Part shown: positions 58,630-64,000 of the stretch, piece after piece | How the letters are laid out: every line of letters begins with the position of its first letter | Position numbering within the stretch: position 1 is the stretch's first letter | Assembly: GCA_029856125.1 (NCBI GenBank) | Contig: JAHQWJ010000120.1 | Span: 224,001 to 288,000 of the forward strand | DNA length: 64,000 bases | Direction of reading: 5' to 3' | Origin: Promethearchaeia archaeon | GTDB taxonomy: Archaea > Asgardarchaeota > Lokiarchaeia > Sigyniarchaeales > SOKP01 | Made by a program: the position numbers and the translations under genes | Notes under the pieces: model-generated | Databases searched by the model: none | What the model was told of the DNA's origin: nothing | The model's input: only the letters and a program-made list of their open reading frames with translations

Positions 58630-61600
58630 AATTCCCCTCCATCTTCCGTACTATCCTTAATATAACTCTGTTCTTTGGAAAGTGAATTAAGGCGGTCTCT
58701 TAAGGTATTTTCAACTTTTAGAACCGAGTCATTGCGTGATACTTTAAAAAGCATTAATTCGTTCCTCTGAAGTTCATACTTACTAGCTTTATATTTCTTA
58801 GTTTTCCAAATGAAAATCGTTAAAGTAGTAAACGCCGCTAAGGCCGGACCTAGCACAAACAAAATATTAATTTCTTCTGGAATTATAACTTTAATTTCAA
58901 TAGAATTTGATGTTTCTATTACTTTTTGAAGGTAGAAATATTCAATACTCGCAGGTTTCAGCCTGATTAAAGCTTGTTTAGTCGCTTGAATTTTATAGGA
59001 AAATGTAATTTTCTCATCTGGTTGCAAACTCGTAGCAGTATAAATAAGACTTCCGCTAATTAATTCAAATTCAATATTCGTAAAGCCAATAGCGTCGCTA
59101 ATGGTAATATTTTTCGCACAAATATTCCCGGTGTTAGTAACCGTTATGTTTACCGTAATAATATCCCCAATTTCTATTTGATCTCGATTAACTGATTTTA
59201 ATATTGAAAAATTGATAAAACCAAGAATAAATGACTTTGAAGAAGCAATTTGAATCGTATTTTCCTCTAAACAACTGAAATAATTAACAGAAGGATAATA
59301 GTACCCTTTCCATCCAATTTTTATTAAGGAGATGTTAAAAATTATTAACTCATTATACATAATTTCTGGCGTAACCAGATTCTTCTTACTATTAGGTACC
59401 AAATCTCCGTATTGATCATTAAATGAAAGAGATAAATTTGGAATCACTAATCCAGCAATTCCCGTATTTTTAATATAAATTGACAAGTTAAATATTTCAT
59501 CGACACTAGGGGCTAAAGTTGTGGAATTACAATGAATCTCAATCGTTCTAACATAAGGTTTTCGGGATAAATAATCGATTGGAGCAGAAAAATACACATC
59601 ATTTGGTTGAGACTCCAGTGTTGTAGAATTTAAATTTTGAATAAAATCTAAATTATTATAACTAATTGTTGCATTGCTAATTGTAGCTGTATTTGGAACA
59701 TAAAAAGAAAATGAAATTTGCTTTTTCTCAGATGGAGCAAGATTAAGAATATTGTATTTTAAGTAGTCTTTTTCGATTGTAAAGTTGAAAGGATTATGCA
59801 TAATTCCGGGGACCATAATTGATATATTAACGTTTCTTGCGATATTTGACCCTATATTGCTAAAAACTAACGTATAGTTATTTATCTCTCTCGTACTTGA
59901 ACTATAGCTAGATAAATAAGAATATGAGGTAATAGACGCCATATTGTAAGTACTCAAAGAGATTGTATTTGATTTTTTAATATATTCAACTTTACCACTT
60001 AATGAAGTATAAGTAACTCTAGATCCTAAAACTGTATACTCGTTAACATCTCTGTAATAAAATTCTATATCCAAATCATTTATCGAAATGTTAAACTTGT
60101 CAGAATTGATCCCCTTTATTTTTAAAATAATTGAATGGTTGTTTCTATCTGCAGGATCAAAAATCCATTCAAAAATCTCTTGGTCTTTAATAAACGTATA
60201 AGTCGATGCGTTATTGATTGTGGTAATCAAATACGGTGATATATCTTGAAAAGTTTCTGAAGTATAATTAAAAACTTCAAAATTCAACACTTCATTAATG
60301 TCAGTGTAATTAACAATAATTGAAATACTATCTAAAGAATTGTTTGTTAGGTCTATCGCAGTTTCATTCTTAAAAAGAAATTGTAATTCAATCTCGTGTT
60401 GATCAATATATTTCTGTTCTGATTCGACGATCCAATCTAGGTTATCGTTGTTTAATGCCATTTGAGGAGAAGTTCCGTCAAGTGAAATCCCAGAAATTAT
60501 CGAAGGTATCTGCGGAAAATTTTCATTAACAGTAAAATTATATTTGTAAAAAGAAGAAAATGTATCAAACCCTTCTATCGAAAAATTGTCGTAGGTATAA
60601 GATAATACCTCGTTTGGCTCTAACTTCCAATTCTCACTATTCCAAATACTCCGTTCATTGGTAAAAGTATCTTTTAGCGATTCTGAAGATTGACCTATTG
60701 CATCTAATGAAGAAATTAATTGTGGGTTACCTATTGCAATTAAATCAATCACATGATCCATATTTTCATTATAAGGTAAAAAATTAGTGAGATTGTTAAG
60801 ATCTGGAAAATAAGTATCTACAGTTCCTGCTCCTGTTGTATCAAAATAAAAAATGTGTGGATTCTTATCAAAGTTAAAAAAATCCTCCAAAGAAGTGTAT
60901 TGACCAGCATACTCAATTCTGACAACTTCCCATATAGATTCTTTAAGATCCTCATCAAGACCTAAAAGAACTCCGATTGGTCCTATGATTATTGGAAAAA
61001 TATCATCGAGTTCTATAGGTATTGGAGTAGGAACCCCCCAAGCAGTTTCGTTACCTACATTTGTAGCTGTAATATTAAATGAAAAGTCTTTAAAGGCTCC
61101 ATTTGAGGCATTCCCCCCAATTAAGTCTTTTGTAATAAGTAAATTGGGTTCTGAATTTGAAATTTTATAAGTAATAACTATCTCTTCAATTGGGTTAAAA
61201 ATTCCGGTAGGTATTCCTGGTAACCCTTGAATTCCGAACTGGTGTAAAAAATTTATGATATCTGCTTGGTTGTTCAGATTTACGGGTTTAACATAACTTT
61301 GCTTAAATCCATTGTCGTTAACCCAAAACAATTCAAACGAATAATCTTTAAGCGCCTGGATATCAAATTCTATCTCAGCGTAGTATAGTAATAAGCCGAT
61401 TTGCTCTAATAGAAAGTCATAAAGCGTAAAGTAGGAGGGTGTTGCATCGCTTATATCAGTACAAAAAATATTCACATTAATTTCACTCATAAAAGCGCCT
61501 ATTAAAGAAATAAATATCTTTTCACTAGGTTTGAGTGATTCTCCTTGATAGCCTAATGCGTCCCATAAATTAAAACGATATTCATCTTCACTGACTTCGG

Positions 61601-62585
61601 TAATTCCAAGAGCTGAACCTTCATATTGTATCATTAAGCTCGTATAATGTGATTCATTAGAGAGCGTGAGCGAACTAAACGAATCACCAAAATCGCCAAA
61701 ATCGTTTTGGGTCGATGTTTGATTGAACACCTCTGAAAAATTTCCAAATAGTGAATCATAGTCAAGGATAATATCAGAGAATTGCTCAAATACATTATCT
61801 ACTTCAAGATTTTCTAAATAACCTAAATCAAGTGAATCAATATTAAAATTTACCTGATCTATGGACTTATATATATCATAGTCTAAGAAATCCAAGGAGT
61901 TCACTAATAGAAATGTGGAAGATAAATGTTGAGCATTAATATATTCTTCGGAAGTTAAACGTTCCACATCTAAGGCTTTCCAATAACCATCCATAGGAAG
62001 GTTTTGCGTAATTTCATCAAGATAAATCTCCCAATTTGGATGATCCCCTACAAATGGAAAGAAATACGCGTTTGAGGTATTTATCGTTATTAAATCTATC
62101 TCAAATTTCTTTCTTATAATATCTAGCGCTCGATTTGCTCTAAACAATACGTCTTCTTCGCTCATTTCTTCATCGTAATAAAGAAATCCCGAAAAACCGT
62201 TAAAAGTCGTTTCATATTGCTTACTATAGCGATCTTCATTAATAACGCGAGGGAATAATTCTGGCGTAATCCCGTTTGATACGCTGAGAAGCACATTACA
62301 TTTATAAAACGCGGGATCTCTCGTATCAAACTTAGGAAGAATACTTGTATCGTTAGTGAAAAGCGATTGTTTAATGACTGATTTATTCCCTGCTACTAAA
62401 GCATTAATTTGTTCTGCATACAAATCTGTTCCCGCTATATCAGACATTTCTAGAAATTTTTCTTGAAAATCGGATTGTTCCTCGTAATCAACTACAAATT
62501 CTTGACTGCCAAAATTGTCATATATTGGGAAAGAAATAAAATTAAGGAAGAATAAAACAGTCAATATTTCTTTAGAGTATTTCAT
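58626..62585 (-). CDS. Giant acidic cell-surface protein with DUF11/BatD-like Ig domains and C-terminal TM anchor
   Basis: Signal peptide; repeated ITATNVG, LVFSNIG, IYIKNTG and ITVTNTG strands; many NxS/T sequons; C-terminal TM plus short tail. Confidence 0.8.
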   Translation of the reverse strand: MKYSKEILTVLFFLNFISFPIYDNFGSQEFVVDYEEQSDFQEKFLEMSDIAGTDLYAEQINALVAGNKSVIKQSLFTNDTSILPKFDTRDPAFYKCNVLLSVSNGITPELFPRVINEDRYSKQYETTFNGFSGFLYYDEEMSEEDVLFRANRALDIIRKKFEIDLITINTSNAYFFPFVGDHPNWEIYLDEITQNLPMDGYWKALDVERLTSEEYINAQHLSSTFLLVNSLDFLDYDIYKSIDQVNFNIDSLDLGYLENLEVDNVFEQFSDIILDYDSLFGNFSEVFNQTSTQNDFGDFGDSFSSLTLSNESHYTSLMIQYEGSALGITEVSEDEYRFNLWDALGYQGESLKPSEKIFISLIGAFMSEINVNIFCTDISDATPSYFTLYDFLLEQIGLLLYYAEIEFDIQALKDYSFELFWVNDNGFKQSYVKPVNLNNQADIINFLHQFGIQGLPGIPTGIFNPIEEIVITYKISNSEPNLLITKDLIGGNASNGAFKDFSFNITATNVGNETAWGVPTPIPIELDDIFPIIIGPIGVLLGLDEDLKESIWEVVRIEYAGQYTSLEDFFNFDKNPHIFYFDTTGAGTVDTYFPDLNNLTNFLPYNENMDHVIDLIAIGNPQLISSLDAIGQSSESLKDTFTNERSIWNSENWKLEPNEVLSYTYDNFSIEGFDTFSSFYKYNFTVNENFPQIPSIISGISLDGTSPQMALNNDNLDWIVESEQKYIDQHEIELQFLFKNETAIDLTNNSLDSISIIVNYTDINEVLNFEVFNYTSETFQDISPYLITTINNASTYTFIKDQEIFEWIFDPADRNNHSIILKIKGINSDKFNISINDLDIEFYYRDVNEYTVLGSRVTYTSLSGKVEYIKKSNTISLSTYNMASITSYSYLSSYSSSTREINNYTLVFSNIGSNIARNVNISIMVPGIMHNPFNFTIEKDYLKYNILNLAPSEKKQISFSFYVPNTATISNATISYNNLDFIQNLNSTTLESQPNDVYFSAPIDYLSRKPYVRTIEIHCNSTTLAPSVDEIFNLSIYIKNTGIAGLVIPNLSLSFNDQYGDLVPNSKKNLVTPEIMYNELIIFNISLIKIGWKGYYYPSVNYFSCLEENTIQIASSKSFILGFINFSILKSVNRDQIEIGDIITVNITVTNTGNICAKNITISDAIGFTNIEFELISGSLIYTATSLQPDEKITFSYKIQATKQALIRLKPASIEYFYLQKVIETSNSIEIKVIIPEEINILFVLGPALAAFTTLTIFIWKTKKYKASKYELQRNELMLFKVSRNDSVLKVENTLRDRLNSLSKEQSYIKDSTEDGGEF

Positions 62586-62601
62586 AATTTTTCATCTCCT
62601 C

Positions 62602-63999
62602 CTACATTGTTTCCCTATAAATATCTACAATTTTCTTTTTTCGGGATTTATTCAATAATACTTTCATTCCAATTAGAGTAAAAATTATCGATATAGCAAA
62701 AATTACGAACATATCTGTTAATGGAAAAACAGGGATATTAGGTAAACCGCTAGTTAGATTCATAGACACACTTAGAAGTAAACTAGTAACCCACCCTACG
62801 ATGACACCTACAGTTCCACTACTTAGCATAATAATTAACGACTCTATAGTAAACATTCTCCCGATTTCTTTCCCTTTTAACCCTAAAGTTCTAACAATCC
62901 CTATTTCTTTTTTTCTTTCAATAATTGTTGAATAAGAAGATGATAGTAATCCAAATAAACAGATGATTACTGTCGCATTCAAGGTCATAGAAAAAAACAC
63001 GGCAATAATTGTGAAAAATAATTCTTGTTCCGTAATCCTTTGTTGTAAACTTATTATCTCAAAATCAAAAGAGTTCTCATTTTCCCGTTTTAGTTTATTC
63101 ATGATAAACTGTGATGAACTTTGGGCATTTAGATTGAGTTTAATAAATATCTTGTCTAAGTATGGTATTGGGGGAATATCCATAATACTCATATAGGTTT
63201 CTTGAGAAATCATAACGCCCCCCATATTAGCCGATGCAGCAGATCTCCCAAATTCACCCATAAAGCCTGGCATGGCTGCTGCGACTCCAACTATTTTAAA
63301 AGTATAGATCTCAGACTCGTCCCCCCTCTGTATTACCATCCGAATAATATCTCCGAGAAGCATATCCATACTTAAAGAAATACCTTCTGATATAATACAA
63401 GTATAGAAAGTTTGTTCAATAAATAGTTGTTCAAAAGACGATTTGGTTTCTCCCTGTGTAAATTCCATATATTCGGTTTTGATCGTAGATAGATATACTT
63501 CGTCAACGCCGATAAGACTTATTTCTTGTGTTGTCAAACCAGCGTAATCCCCAATCTCTGCTGTAAATTCTTTACCTTCTTCAGAATAAATTTGTGTTAA
63601 CTGGAAAGGGCTGGCGATTACCGAGGAAATCCTCTCGATACCATCGATTTTTAATAATTCATCCTTAAAATCGCTTGTGAGGATTCTATTCGGATTTACA
63701 GAAAAGTCGCTATCTTGACTTGTTTTAAGACCATCAACAGAAGTGCTAAGAAAATCACCACCCTCACCTCCAAATAATCCAAAACTCTCGACTTCTTCGG
63801 GTTCGAACCACCCTTCTGTTTCTATCACTAAATCTGAGCCTAAATTCAAGTTAGCACTCACTACACTCTCGTTCGCTAAAAAGCTAAATACGCTCGAAGT
63901 AAATATTACAAACGAAAAAGTAAATGCAAAAGTTATTATCGTGCTAGAGTTCCTTCTAACATATCTAAATATAAAGATTCTATAGACTGGGGCTAATTT
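62602..63999 (-). CDS. FtsX/MacB-family ABC permease, 5'-truncated at the window edge
   Basis: Frame is open to the edge (RRNSSTIITFAFTFSF matches RRNTSTIVMFAISFSF of the 50821 paralog); ERKKEIGIVRTLG. Confidence 0.9.
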   Translation of the reverse strand, partial: KLAPVYRIFIFRYVRRNSSTIITFAFTFSFVIFTSSVFSFLANESVVSANLNLGSDLVIETEGWFEPEEVESFGLFGGEGGDFLSTSVDGLKTSQDSDFSVNPNRILTSDFKDELLKIDGIERISSVIASPFQLTQIYSEEGKEFTAEIGDYAGLTTQEISLIGVDEVYLSTIKTEYMEFTQGETKSSFEQLFIEQTFYTCIISEGISLSMDMLLGDIIRMVIQRGDESEIYTFKIVGVAAAMPGFMGEFGRSAASANMGGVMISQETYMSIMDIPPIPYLDKIFIKLNLNAQSSSQFIMNKLKRENENSFDFEIISLQQRITEQELFFTIIAVFFSMTLNATVIICLFGLLSSSYSTIIERKKEIGIVRTLGLKGKEIGRMFTIESLIIMLSSGTVGVIVGWVTSLLLSVSMNLTSGLPNIPVFPLTDMFVIFAISIIFTLIGMKVLLNKSRKKKIVDIYRETM

Positions 64000-64000
64000 T

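Noticed and set aside
2027-63985. Numerous 60-163 aa ORFs overlapping long genes (e.g. 2027-2383, 8317-8607, 21924-22268, 32497-32988, 47991-48368)
   Set aside because: Antisense or alternate-frame shadows of well-supported CDSs, with F/S/L/I-biased composition and no motifs.
1-64000. Genome-wide TAG (pyrrolysine) or TGA (selenocysteine) recoding
   Set aside because: TAG ends uS15, rubrerythrin and ESCRT-III at their expected C-termini; no conserved gene is split by TGA and no SECIS-like element was recognised.

Overview
AT-rich archaeal chromosomal window, almost certainly from an Asgard archaeon of the Lokiarchaeia (Promethearchaeia) type. The assignment rests on archaeal information-processing genes (eS1, uS15, NOP2-like, NIP7-like, an intron-containing tRNA) together with many eukaryotic-signature proteins: an ESCRT cluster (EAP30/Vps22-like, Vps25-like, MIT-Vps4, Vps2/24/46-type ESCRT-III) and several longin/roadblock proteins. 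Other content: pgk, larB/larC/nikR next to a MoxR-vWA pair, an alpha3-type histone, an accessory block (~25.6-42.3 kb), redox and housekeeping genes, and a >13 kb operon of FtsX permease, giant surface protein, membrane-anchored subtilase and a second FtsX permease. The accessory block holds two convergent paralogous WD40 genes (one a GC-richer 1833-aa TPR-Zn-WD40 protein), two stop-interrupted small ORFs, a membrane-anchored alpha-barrel protein and a 1117-aa protein with a divergent GIY-YIG-like domain. I saw no CRISPR array, transposase, integrase or rRNA. All family calls come from reading motifs by eye; no searches were run.
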